64,000 bases of DNA, taken from the NCBI GenBank assembly GCA_016932035.1, contig JAFGDR010000009.1:34845-98844 (forward strand). The letters run 5' to 3'. The notes under the pieces were generated by a model, which made no database searches, was not told the DNA's origin, and worked only from the letters and a program-made list of their open reading frames with translations. This document shows, one piece after another, positions 10,390 through 20,038 of the stretch. Source of the stretch: Candidatus Cloacimonadota bacterium. Its GTDB lineage: Bacteria > Cloacimonadota > Cloacimonadia > JGIOTU-2. The position numbers and the translations under genes are program-made. How positions within the stretch are numbered: the first letter of the stretch is position 1; every line of letters starts with the position of its first letter.

Positions 10390-11136
10390 ATGAAAAAAAT
10401 AACTGCGATGTTGATCTTTATATTGATTTCAGGTTATCTGTTTGGACAAAATTTGTTCCTTACAGGCCTTGAAATTCTACAAAGAATCGATGAAAATGAG
10501 TTTTACAGAACGATTGAATACACAGGCACGATGACCATTCACATTAATGATGAGGTGAGAACGAAAAAGATGACGACTCAGGCAAAAACTGATGGTCACA
10601 AAGCGTTGGTCGAATTTAACAATCCAGAGGATTTCGGCACCAAATATTTGATGATGGATGATGAATTGTGGATTTATTTTCCAGGTGAAGAAGAGGTGGT
10701 TAAAATATCGGGACACATGCTTAAGGAAGGTATGATGGGCAGTGATTTTTCCTATGAAGATGCTCTTGAAGCAAGCAAGATCGCTGAGAAATACAATGTA
10801 CAAATTGCGAGACAGGATACACTGAATGGTCATGTATGCTGGGTGCTGAAGCTCGATGCAAAGATAAAAGATGTGCCGTATTATTCTCGAGAAATGTGGG
10901 TCGATCAGGAACTCTACGTCCCATGGAAAGAAGAGATGTTTGCAAAATCAGGTCGGCTTCTGAAAGAGATGAATGTGTTGGAGATCAAACAGTTTGGGAA
11001 TCGATATTTTCCTGTGAAGTCTGAGATGGTGAATAAACTGAGAAAGAACAGCAAAACGGTTTTCGAACTCGAGGATATTGCCTTTGATGTTGATCTACCT
11101 GATGATATGTTTAGCTTAAGATATTTAAAGCATTAG
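10390..11136 (+). CDS. LolA-like outer-membrane lipoprotein-sorting protein family
   Basis: 248 aa; signal peptide; sequence type commonly found as the accessory gene of MacB-type ABC operons. Confidence 0.55.
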   Translation: MKKITAMLIFILISGYLFGQNLFLTGLEILQRIDENEFYRTIEYTGTMTIHINDEVRTKKMTTQAKTDGHKALVEFNNPEDFGTKYLMMDDELWIYFPGEEEVVKISGHMLKEGMMGSDFSYEDALEASKIAEKYNVQIARQDTLNGHVCWVLKLDAKIKDVPYYSREMWVDQELYVPWKEEMFAKSGRLLKEMNVLEIKQFGNRYFPVKSEMVNKLRKNSKTVFELEDIAFDVDLPDDMFSLRYLKH

Positions 11137-11144
11137 GGTCAGTT

Positions 11145-12242
11145 ATGAAAAAATATGGATTCAAAATTTTATTACTTGTTATGCTAACATCAAGTCTCTT
11201 TGCTGATACTCAATCGGGTTTACAAATATGGGGTTCGAATTTTATCGATCTCAGTGGATATCACTACCTGAATAATGAAAAAGACTCTCTCAAGATCGGT
11301 GCAATGAATACGTTTCGGTTGAATTTCCAGAACAGGAACAAGCGTTATGCAAAGATCGTTGGTAATCTCGACCTGATCATACCTTTTGGTTATACAGCAG
11401 ACCAATTTCAGGATTTGAACGATACGTCGAATACACTCTCAACACCATATTATCCGCTCTTTGTTTATGGGAATACGCCCGTTCTACTCGACATCAGGAA
11501 ATTATACGTTTCTGTGTATTTGCCATTTGCTGATATCTCTCTTGGAAGGCAGATTATCAATTATGGAAAGGGAGTCGTTTTCTCTCCAATCGATATGTTC
11601 TCGACAGTCGATGTGACAAATATCAATTTTGAACGACACGGCAGCGATATAGCTGCGATAAAGATACCGTTTTCATTCCTTTCCGGGCTTGATCTGATAA
11701 CTGAACTTCCAAGAAAAAATCATGAGTATTCGACAGCAGTTCGTGGCTATTTGAATACCATGGGATTTGATTTCGCACTCAATACGATTTATAAGCATAG
11801 AGCAGAAGAGTTGATTGCCGGACTGTCATTTAAGGGTGATGCTTTCTTTGGCGTGTATGGAGAACTCGTTGAACATTTCGCAAACGATTATTCGGATAAA
11901 TATTTTGAAGGAATGCTCGGACTTGATTATTCGATCGACAATACGTATATTTTTACAACTGAATATTATTACAAAAACAGCAATATACAAAATGAATGGG
12001 GGAAACATAATCTATTCTTGTCCTTCCAATATGTTATAAACGATCTTATGAATGTTTCTACACATGTGATAGGGAGTGATATCGGACAAGACAATCAAAT
12101 GGTCATATATATGGGGCAGTTCTTCTACAATATCTTGCAGAATATAGATCTCATTACGTATGCTCGATATTTTTCATACAAAAACGATTTAGACATAGTA
12201 CCCGATCTGGAATATGCGGTAAGGGTAGAGGTAAAGTTTTAA
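11145..12242 (+). CDS. putative outer-membrane beta-barrel protein
   Basis: 365 aa; signal peptide 'MKKYGFKILLLVMLTSSLFA'; alternating hydrophobic pattern; C-terminal ...VRVEVKF with terminal Phe (OMP beta-signal). Confidence 0.5.
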   Translation: MKKYGFKILLLVMLTSSLFADTQSGLQIWGSNFIDLSGYHYLNNEKDSLKIGAMNTFRLNFQNRNKRYAKIVGNLDLIIPFGYTADQFQDLNDTSNTLSTPYYPLFVYGNTPVLLDIRKLYVSVYLPFADISLGRQIINYGKGVVFSPIDMFSTVDVTNINFERHGSDIAAIKIPFSFLSGLDLITELPRKNHEYSTAVRGYLNTMGFDFALNTIYKHRAEELIAGLSFKGDAFFGVYGELVEHFANDYSDKYFEGMLGLDYSIDNTYIFTTEYYYKNSNIQNEWGKHNLFLSFQYVINDLMNVSTHVIGSDIGQDNQMVIYMGQFFYNILQNIDLITYARYFSYKNDLDIVPDLEYAVRVEVKF

Positions 12243-12361
12243 GATTTCATAAAGAAAAATTTAACCACGAAATGCACCCGGCTTCATTCAATGACAAGTG
12301 CCAGGCAAAAAAAAATGAAGCTAAATATTACATAATTTTTGGAATGCTGACAATTCTTAAA

Positions 12362-12395
12362 CAAAAAAAACGACCGAAAGCATGACTTACGGTCG
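12362..12395 (-). terminator. intrinsic terminator for asnA (hairpin cgaccg-N13-cggtcg followed by U-run on the minus strand)
   Basis: Stem 12371-12376 / 12390-12395; A9 run at 12362-12370 on the + strand equals U9 after the hairpin on the minus transcript; sits 24 nt after the asnA stop. Confidence 0.6.
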
Positions 12396-12418
12396 ATGTA
12401 TTTTATAACGAATATTGT

Positions 12419-13546
12419 TTATTCGAGCACAAAGATGTTTTTCTTTGCACAAATTTCTTTCAGTTTGTCGGGCCATACGGTTACGGTAACTTCACCGAGG
12501 TGGGCTTTTCTGAGGAAGTACATATAGGTACGTGCCTGTCCGATACCGCCGCCAATGCTCAAAGGAATCTGGTCATTAAGAATTGCTTGATGATAGGGAA
12601 GATCCAAGAAATCAAGCTGACCTGAGATCTTAAGCTGTTCTTTGAGAGTGTCTTTTGTAACACGGATACCCATTGAAGAAAGCTCATGACGACGTTTGGT
12701 TACAGGATTCCATACAAGGATGTCACCATTCAGTCCATGAGTTTGCATTCCGTCGGGACCTGTTGTCTCAGTTACCCAATCATCATAGTCTGCTGCTCTC
12801 ATCTCATGAGGATAGCCATCCTTCAGCACCCAGCCGATTCCGATAATGAACACACCGGGATATTTTTTGATAATCTCTGTTTCACGTTGCTTACGAGGAA
12901 GATCAGGATACATTTCAAGGATTTCTTCAGCATGGATGAATTTAAGTTCTTCGGGGAAGTCTGGATATCTGCTGTCTTTAAGTTTCGGGAACATCTCCTG
13001 TGCATGCTTTCCAGCACCGCGGAGAACCTTCCAAATCTTTTTAACGACGGTTTTCAGGAATTCAAGATTCCTATCATCAGCAGTAATAACTTTTTCCCAG
13101 TCCCACTGATCGACATAGGATGAGTGGTCATGATCGAGGAAGTAGTCTTTTCTTACTGCACGCATGTCTGTGTTAATACCTTCTCCCGGCTTACAATCGA
13201 ATTCTTTAAGAGCAAGCCTTTTCCATTTTGTGGCTGCCTGAACTACTTGTGCCTGGATCGGTTTATCAAGACCAAGTCCGCATGGGAACTGAACCGGGGA
13301 TCGTGAACCGTCTCTATCTAGATAGTCATTCACACCACTTCGAACATCGACAATAAGAGGAACCTGAACCATGATCAAGTTCAGTTCTTTGCAAAGATTT
13401 TCTTCGATATACCTTTTCATTTCGTATAAGGCAATCATTGTTTCTCTTGGAGTCAGCAAGGATTTGTAATCATCAGGAAGTATTTGTTCTACTTTTTCAT
13501 ATGTGCTGATTCCTGGTCCTGCTAAATCTGCTTTTTTGTCTAACAT
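12419..13546 (-). CDS. asnA: aspartate--ammonia ligase (asparagine synthetase A)
   Basis: Matches AsnA motifs 'VDQWDWEKV', 'GLNGDILVWNPV', 'ELSSMGIRV', 'IGGGIGQ'. Start is probably the ATG for 'MLDKK', preceded by GGAG; the ORF track began at an upstream TTG (13561). Confidence 0.85.
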   Translation of the reverse strand: MLDKKADLAGPGISTYEKVEQILPDDYKSLLTPRETMIALYEMKRYIEENLCKELNLIMVQVPLIVDVRSGVNDYLDRDGSRSPVQFPCGLGLDKPIQAQVVQAATKWKRLALKEFDCKPGEGINTDMRAVRKDYFLDHDHSSYVDQWDWEKVITADDRNLEFLKTVVKKIWKVLRGAGKHAQEMFPKLKDSRYPDFPEELKFIHAEEILEMYPDLPRKQRETEIIKKYPGVFIIGIGWVLKDGYPHEMRAADYDDWVTETTGPDGMQTHGLNGDILVWNPVTKRRHELSSMGIRVTKDTLKEQLKISGQLDFLDLPYHQAILNDQIPLSIGGGIGQARTYMYFLRKAHLGEVTVTVWPDKLKEICAKKNIFVLE

Positions 13547-13557
13547 GTTTCTTTTCT

Positions 13558-13577
13558 CCAATATTTAGTAATATTGG
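13558..13577. promoter_or_regulatory. perfect palindrome CCAATATT-N4-AATATTGG overlapping the asnA RBS/leader
   Basis: ccaatatttagtaatattgg read directly; 8-bp arms. Confidence 0.4.
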
Positions 13578-13793
13578 GGACAGCAGAAAAAATTATTTTG
13601 AGGATGTCAAATTTCTCAGAAACCAATAAATGTTATATGTGTATACGCTGTAAAAATGACCACAAAAAGCAATAAATATATTCCTCTTAAAATCTAAATC
13701 ATCAACCTAGATCTGCGTACTTATAAAGATACAAAACTCGACATAAACATCAAGCCCAAAAGGTATTGGGAAAAAATAATTTCAGGATTATTA

Positions 13794-15512
13794 ATGATCA
13801 AACGTTTTATTCCATATTACAAACCGCATAAATGGCTTTTCATCCTGGACATGTCCGTAGCATTTGTGGCTGCCATCCTCTCTGTTTTTTATCCGATCAT
13901 AACACGAGATTTGCTCAAAACCTACATTCCGAATAAAGATTTGCAGGGCATTATCATGTTACTGGCTGTCATGGCTGGGATAATGATCTTCAAAACGATC
14001 TTTACCTACATTCGTATCCGCTGGGGACATATCATGGGTGTACGCATGGAAACCGATATGCGAACCGATATCTTTACACATTTGCAGAAACTCTCATTCA
14101 ACTATTTTGATACGGTCAAGACCGGGCACATCATGTCACGTATCTCGAATGACCTGAACATGATTGCCGAAGTTGCTCATCACGCGCCGGAAGATCTGAT
14201 AATCTCAGTATTCATCATTATTGGTTCTTTCATTGCGATGTTCTATTACAGCGTAGCACTTGCAATTATTGCACTTGTTCCTCTTCCCATTCTGCTTGTT
14301 TGGGGTCTTACGTATGGCAGAAGGATGAAAGGTGGATTCCGTCTTGTTCGTAAACGAATAGCTGATATAAACAGCAGCGTCGAGAATTCGGTACAGGGCA
14401 TTCGTGAAGTGAAATCGTTTACCAATGAGCTGCTGGAAATGGAGAAATTCGAGCATATCAATTTCACTTTCAAGATGGCAAAAGAGAAGATGTATAAGAT
14501 CATGAGTACATATTTTGCCGGTATGACATTCCTGACGGATTTTTATTATCTTGCTGTGATTGGCGGTGGTGTATATCTTATCTTCCTTGGTAAGATCGAT
14601 GTTATTGATCTGCTTGCATTTACACTTTATATCAATTTTATTCTTAAACCGATCGAACGTTTGATCCATTTTACCGAACAGTTCCAGCAGGGAAGTGCAG
14701 CTTTCGAGCGATTCATAGAGATCATGGACATAGAACCGGATATCAATGACAAAAAGGATGCCAAAGACCTGCATAATGTCAAAGGTCAGATAGATGTGCG
14801 GAATATGTCTTTCAAATACAATAATTGTGAGGATTGGATTCTCAGAAATATTGATATTGAGATTCCTGCAGGTAGGACAGTCGCATTGGTTGGAGAATCC
14901 GGTGCAGGCAAAACAACGCTAGCTTCACTCATTCCAAGATTTTATGAAATCCAGGAAGGGTGCATATGTATCGACGAACATAATATTGTTGATATAAAAC
15001 AGAAATCTCTGAGAGAAAATATCGGACTTGTGCAGCAAAGTGTATTTTTATTTGATTCTACGATTCGGGAAAATATTCTCTATGGCGATCCTGGTGCAAC
15101 TGAAGAAGAACTGATCGATGCAGCACGAAAAGCAAATATACTTGATTTCGTCGAGTCACTTCCGGATGGATTTGATACGTTAACCGGTGAAAGAGGAGTG
15201 ATGCTCTCGGGTGGACAGAAACAGCGAATCTCTATTGCGCGCGTATTCCTGAAAAATCCGCCCATTCTTATTTTTGATGAAGCAACATCATCATTAGATA
15301 CAGAATCCGAAGCATATATTCAGCAAGCGATGGAAGAACTGGCACATAACCGCACAACGATCATCATTGCTCACCGACTCTCAACGGTGCGAAAAGCAGA
15401 TCTGCTGTATGTGATGAATAAAGGTGAGATCGTTGAACAGGGCAGCCATGATGAACTCATGAAAAATGAGGGATATTATTATAATCTTTACACTAAGAAC
15501 ATGATTTTGTAA
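13794..15512 (+). CDS. ABC exporter, fused permease/ATPase (MsbA-like half transporter)
   Basis: 572 aa; six N-terminal TM segments; 'GESGAGKTT', 'LSGGQKQRISIARVFLKNPPILIFDEATSSLD'. Confidence 0.85.
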   Translation: MIKRFIPYYKPHKWLFILDMSVAFVAAILSVFYPIITRDLLKTYIPNKDLQGIIMLLAVMAGIMIFKTIFTYIRIRWGHIMGVRMETDMRTDIFTHLQKLSFNYFDTVKTGHIMSRISNDLNMIAEVAHHAPEDLIISVFIIIGSFIAMFYYSVALAIIALVPLPILLVWGLTYGRRMKGGFRLVRKRIADINSSVENSVQGIREVKSFTNELLEMEKFEHINFTFKMAKEKMYKIMSTYFAGMTFLTDFYYLAVIGGGVYLIFLGKIDVIDLLAFTLYINFILKPIERLIHFTEQFQQGSAAFERFIEIMDIEPDINDKKDAKDLHNVKGQIDVRNMSFKYNNCEDWILRNIDIEIPAGRTVALVGESGAGKTTLASLIPRFYEIQEGCICIDEHNIVDIKQKSLRENIGLVQQSVFLFDSTIRENILYGDPGATEEELIDAARKANILDFVESLPDGFDTLTGERGVMLSGGQKQRISIARVFLKNPPILIFDEATSSLDTESEAYIQQAMEELAHNRTTIIIAHRLSTVRKADLLYVMNKGEIVEQGSHDELMKNEGYYYNLYTKNMIL

Positions 15513-15568
15513 TAAACGATCAATTACATAAAAGCAAAAATTTACAGAGGTCTTACATAGGGGTAACA

Positions 15569-17353
15569 ATGAAAAAAATGATCTGTCTGTTATGGTTCAT
15601 CATAGCAGTTTCCTGTCACGCGCAAGAATTATCTGTCCAAAAACCAACTAATCTTAATCAGCTTATTGATGACTATTTCCGAACCATCATTGAGCTTAAT
15701 CCCAATACAGCCAGTCATCTTGGATTAGATCCTCAAGGTTCTTATCGCTATGATAAATCAAAACTAACTGATAATACCGAAGCTGCTTACCAGCATGAGC
15801 TGAACGTAGTAAAAGACTATCTCGAGCTATCAAAGGAATGTAACGATCTGTCATCTGATGATGAACTGGAACTCGCTGTTTTTCAGCATTATTTGCAGGA
15901 TGTCTGTGATTCTGACAGGTATCGTTACAATTATTATAAGCTCAATCATCTTTTCGGATTTCACTATCAACTCATTAATCTATTCACCGAAAATCACTCG
16001 CTTCAGACGAGGCAGGATGCAGAAGACTACCTCTCTCGAATGGATCAGCTCTCGACATATTTCGAAAATCTCTTTATCGAACTGGAAGAGCGTGAAAAAT
16101 GGGGTATCATCCCTCCAATTGTAATCCTGAATCAACTGCAGAATATTATCGATGACCAAAACGGACAAAATCCTGAAGATATCATTTATTATACTCATTT
16201 TGTTGATTGTTTACAAGATATGGATTTAGATGATAATGCAAAAAGCTTGTATGCTGAAAGAGCTCTCAAAGCAGTACAAGATCACATAGTGCCGAATTAC
16301 AGAAAAGTATCAGAACATATTGAACAGATTAAGAAAAAAGGCGGATTAGCTCCCGGTGTGTGGAAGCTTCCTGATGGTGATGAGTTCTATCAATTTTGCC
16401 TGCAGAAACATACAACAACAGATCTTACACCTGAAGAGGTTCATCAGATCGGATTGCAAGAAGTTGCTCGAATCCAAGAAGAAATGCTGCAGCGATTTGA
16501 AGAATTGGGTTTTACGGAAGGTGAGAATTTTGTCGAGATTGAAAAACAGTACTGGAATTCTTTGCATGGAAGTGAATTCAATTATGTACAGAATGATTAT
16601 GGCAGAAAACAGGCATTGGATGATTATCTGCAGATACTTGAAGAGACAAAAAAACGCCTATCAGAAATTTTTGGTAAGATACCCACGATACCTGTCACTG
16701 TGCGTGCAGTTCCCAAGCATAAAGAGCAATTTGCCGGTCAATATTATGACAGGGCACCGATCGACGGAAGCAGACCGGCTATTTTCTATACCAACCTGAG
16801 ATGGCTGCCCCAAAAACCCAGCATGCAGACACTCCTGCATCATGAAACCATTCCAGGTCATCACCTGCAGATCGCTTATGCACAGGAACTCGCAAATATT
16901 CCGATGTATCGCAATTTTACTTTTTTCACTGCCTATATCGAAGGCTGGGCGCTATATGCGGAAAAACTGGCTTTTGAATTGGGATGGTATAACGATATTT
17001 ACAGCGAACTTGGTTACTTGAATTCAGAACTGTTCCGAGCGGTGCGGCTGGTTGTGGATACCGGAATTCATTATAAAAAATGGAGTCGCGAAAAGGCAGC
17101 GGAATATATGACTCAAAATCTTTGTTGGGCAAGTTACGGTGAGATCGACCGCTACACGGTTTGGCCCGGACAAGCATGTGCATATAAGATAGGGGAGTTG
17201 AAAATACTCGAACTGCGTGAGAAAGCCAAAGATGCCTTAGGAGATACTTTTGATATTAAGGAATTCCATGATGTGATCCTGCAGAATGGTGCAATTCCGC
17301 TTGATCTGCTGGAGAAGGTTGTATATGAGTGGTTGGATGGGAAAATTAAATAA
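15569..17353 (+). CDS. DUF885 family secreted protein (metallopeptidase-like HExxH fold)
   Basis: 594 aa; signal peptide; motif 'HHETIPGHHLQ' is characteristic of DUF885. Confidence 0.65.
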   Translation: MKKMICLLWFIIAVSCHAQELSVQKPTNLNQLIDDYFRTIIELNPNTASHLGLDPQGSYRYDKSKLTDNTEAAYQHELNVVKDYLELSKECNDLSSDDELELAVFQHYLQDVCDSDRYRYNYYKLNHLFGFHYQLINLFTENHSLQTRQDAEDYLSRMDQLSTYFENLFIELEEREKWGIIPPIVILNQLQNIIDDQNGQNPEDIIYYTHFVDCLQDMDLDDNAKSLYAERALKAVQDHIVPNYRKVSEHIEQIKKKGGLAPGVWKLPDGDEFYQFCLQKHTTTDLTPEEVHQIGLQEVARIQEEMLQRFEELGFTEGENFVEIEKQYWNSLHGSEFNYVQNDYGRKQALDDYLQILEETKKRLSEIFGKIPTIPVTVRAVPKHKEQFAGQYYDRAPIDGSRPAIFYTNLRWLPQKPSMQTLLHHETIPGHHLQIAYAQELANIPMYRNFTFFTAYIEGWALYAEKLAFELGWYNDIYSELGYLNSELFRAVRLVVDTGIHYKKWSREKAAEYMTQNLCWASYGEIDRYTVWPGQACAYKIGELKILELREKAKDALGDTFDIKEFHDVILQNGAIPLDLLEKVVYEWLDGKIK

Positions 17354-17576
17354 TCTGTTACGATGAGCTTGTGGAAGTCTGATGTATTTAGGGGATTTTT
17401 TTCGACTCTGTTGCCCCTTGCTTCGCAATGGCAGGCAGACTCACAATTACAATTTTGAGAATCTGTAAAGGATTGTTAGATTAAAAAGTAATGTGAACGA
17501 TCAAAGCGAGAATTGCCATTCCCGTTTTCGATATGTTTTACGTTTGCATGATATCATGCTTGGTTGAATTACAAAC

Positions 17577-19403
17577 TTATTCCTGACCTATTTTATTTAA
17601 CCTGTTCATTTCTCTTTTCCTGTCGATTTCCCTGAGTATCTTCTTTCGCATCCTGATATTCTTTGGTGTCACTTCCAACAGTTCATCATCATTAATGTAT
17701 TCGAGTGCCTGCTCCAAACTGAACTGGCGTGGTGGAACGAGAACTATCGCATCATCGGATCCGGCTGCACGAACGTTTGATAGTTTCTTACCTTTGACGA
17801 TATTCAAAACAAGATCATTCTCCCGAGAATGTTCACCAATGATCATGCCTGCATAAACTTCAACGCCCGGTCCGATAAAGAGCACTCCTCGTGCCTGGAA
17901 ATTGAATAGAGAATATCCTGTGGCAGTACCTTTTTCCATTGCTATCAGTGCACCGCGGCTTTTTTTGTCTAAATCACCTTTGTAAAATTCATATTCATAA
18001 AAGCTATGATTGATAATACCAGTTCCACGCGTTGTGGTCATGAACTCATTTCTGAAACCGATTAACCCGCGAGCTGGCACTTTATATTCGAGACGTGTAA
18101 AACCATCATTTCCGGGAACCATATCAAGCATCTCACCTTTACGTAGTCCCAGCATTTCGATGACTGTTCCAACAAACTCATCTGCAACATCCACGGTCAC
18201 AAGCTCGATTGGTTCTGTACGTTTGCCATCGAGTTGGCGGTAGATAACTTTGGGCGTTGAAACCTGGAATTCAAAGCCCTCTCTGCGCATATTTTCAATC
18301 AATATTGAAAGCTGAAGTTCACCACGTCCTTTCACAATGAACTCATCTCCATTTTCCGTTCCCTCAACTTTGATGCTGACATTTGTTTGAAGCTCTTTTT
18401 GGAGTCGATCCCAGATATTTCTGGATGTAACATATTTGCCTTCTTTTCCTGAAAATGGTGAGTCATTTACCTTGAAGGTCATAGAAAGAGTCGGAGCATC
18501 GATCTCGATAATGGGAAGCGGTTTGGGATTGTCTTTACATGCAGCAGTTTCTCCCACATCAACCCGTTCCATACCAGCGAGTGAAACGATATCACCGGCA
18601 AATGCTTTTTTTATTTCTTTCTTTTTCAATCCATCGTAATGGTAAATTTTTGTGATCCGATAGAGTAATCTTTCTCCATCACGCTTGAGTAAGACGACTT
18701 CTTGGCCCTGGCTTACCGTTCCATTCGTTATCTTTCCCGTACCGATCTTCCCGAGATAATTATCATACTCGATGGCTGAAACCAGCATTTGAAATGGTTT
18801 GGATTCATCACCTTCAGAATCTTTCACTCTTTTTACAATAGTCTCAAATAGGGGTATCAGATCGTCATTTTCATCTTCCATTTCATGCCGGGCATATCCA
18901 TCTTTGCCTGATGCAAAAAGGACAGGGAAGTCAAGCTGTGAATCATTGGCCTGCAGGTCGCAGAAAAGATCAAACACCATTTCGAGAACCTCTGCAGGAC
19001 GTGCATTTGGTCTATCTATTTTATTGATGATCACGATTGGATCGAGTCCAAGTTCAAGGGATTTCTTGAGTACATACTTTGTCTGCGGCATCGGTCCTTC
19101 AAAAGCATCAACAAGAAGCAGCACCGAATCCACCATTTTCATGATGCGCTGAACTTCTCCTCCGAAATCGGCATGACCGGGTGTATCCACAAAGTTAATT
19201 TTATAGTCTTTATAAGTGAGGGAGGCATTTTTGGAAAAGATCGTAATGCCGCGCTCTCGTTCAAGATCATTGCTGTCCATTATGCGTTCAGCGATTTTTT
19301 CATTATCCCTGAAAATACCTGATTGCTTGAGTGCTGCATCGACCAGCGTTGTCTTGCCATGATCGACGTGAGCAATGATCGCAATATTTTTAATTTTTTT
19401 CAT
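17577..19403 (-). CDS. typA: translational GTPase TypA/BipA
   Basis: N-terminus 'NIAIIAHVDHGKTTLVDAALKQSG', 'DTPGHADFGGEV', 'NKIDRP'; 608 aa, typical BipA length. Confidence 0.9.
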   Translation of the reverse strand: MKKIKNIAIIAHVDHGKTTLVDAALKQSGIFRDNEKIAERIMDSNDLERERGITIFSKNASLTYKDYKINFVDTPGHADFGGEVQRIMKMVDSVLLLVDAFEGPMPQTKYVLKKSLELGLDPIVIINKIDRPNARPAEVLEMVFDLFCDLQANDSQLDFPVLFASGKDGYARHEMEDENDDLIPLFETIVKRVKDSEGDESKPFQMLVSAIEYDNYLGKIGTGKITNGTVSQGQEVVLLKRDGERLLYRITKIYHYDGLKKKEIKKAFAGDIVSLAGMERVDVGETAACKDNPKPLPIIEIDAPTLSMTFKVNDSPFSGKEGKYVTSRNIWDRLQKELQTNVSIKVEGTENGDEFIVKGRGELQLSILIENMRREGFEFQVSTPKVIYRQLDGKRTEPIELVTVDVADEFVGTVIEMLGLRKGEMLDMVPGNDGFTRLEYKVPARGLIGFRNEFMTTTRGTGIINHSFYEYEFYKGDLDKKSRGALIAMEKGTATGYSLFNFQARGVLFIGPGVEVYAGMIIGEHSRENDLVLNIVKGKKLSNVRAAGSDDAIVLVPPRQFSLEQALEYINDDELLEVTPKNIRMRKKILREIDRKREMNRLNKIGQE

Positions 19404-19457
19404 TATAATTAGTTTCTTTTGTTTGTTTTGATAATCATTAAACTGTTTTGTTTTATT

Positions 19458-19491
19458 AAAAAAACGGCATGATCAAACGAGTGATCATGCC
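19458..19491 (-). terminator. intrinsic terminator after the RRM protein gene
   Basis: Perfect 10-bp stem ggcatgatca/tgatcatgcc (19466-19491) with a 6-nt loop; A7 on + at 19458-19464 equals a U-run on the minus transcript. Confidence 0.7.
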
Positions 19492-19514
19492 ATTATGAAA
19501 GACAATTTTAACGT

Positions 19515-19781
19515 TTAATAAGATCGTCTAAAATCTCTGCGATTGTCTCTTTTGGGGCGAGCTTCATTAACTTTGAGGGAACGGCCTTTAAAGTCTTTCC
19601 CGTCAAGGTCGTTGATTGCTTTTTCAGCTTCGGATGAATCTGACATTTCAACAAATCCGAAACCTTTGCCGTCGATGACGATAACCTCAACGACATCACC
19701 ACACTCAGAAAACAATTCTTTGAGTGAATCTTTGGTGACGGAATAATCAAGATTACCAACATAGAGTTTTTTACCTTGCAT
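19515..19781 (-). CDS. RNA-binding protein with single RRM domain
   Basis: 88 aa; RNP2 'KLYVGNL', RNP1 'KGFGFVEM'; GGAG RBS on the minus strand. Confidence 0.8.
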   Translation of the reverse strand: MQGKKLYVGNLDYSVTKDSLKELFSECGDVVEVIVIDGKGFGFVEMSDSSEAEKAINDLDGKDFKGRSLKVNEARPKRDNRRDFRRSY

Positions 19782-19983
19782 CGTTCTATTCTCCTATTTT
19801 TTATTTGTTCTTATACTTATCATGAGAATAGAGGTAAAAAATTCTACTTTCAATCGTAAATATTTTGAACGTATGCAACTTAACATGTAAGTTACTTATG
19901 GGTGACATAAAAAAATCAATACTATATGTCGTCAATGTTAGTGATAATTATTTTTATTGAGACATCCTCCCTCCTCCGATTTT

Positions 19984-20031
19984 TTTGACAAATAATCATC
20001 CTGAAAAAAAGTTCACATATCAAAATTCTGG
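19984..20031 (+). repeat. ~50-bp conserved upstream element, copy 1 (TTTGACAAATAATC...TTCACATATCAAAAT), immediately 5' of pgi
   Basis: About 85% identical to 22715-22763; both copies contain TTGACA and lie directly upstream of a gene. Confidence 0.6.
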
Positions 20032-20038
20032 AGTCTTC

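Noticed and set aside
14205-14774. 189-aa minus-strand ORF within the MsbA-like ABC gene
   Set aside because: Antisense overlap with a strongly motif-supported gene.
19508-19762. Alternative 84-aa minus-strand ORF overlapping the RRM gene
   Set aside because: Different frame from the one giving RNP1/RNP2 motifs; the RRM frame 19515-19781 is preferred.
19985-20038. N-terminal extension of pgi given by the ORF track ([18 protein letters not shown])
   Set aside because: Pgi homology starts at [16 protein letters not shown] with GGAG 7 nt upstream; the extension lies within the conserved upstream repeat element.
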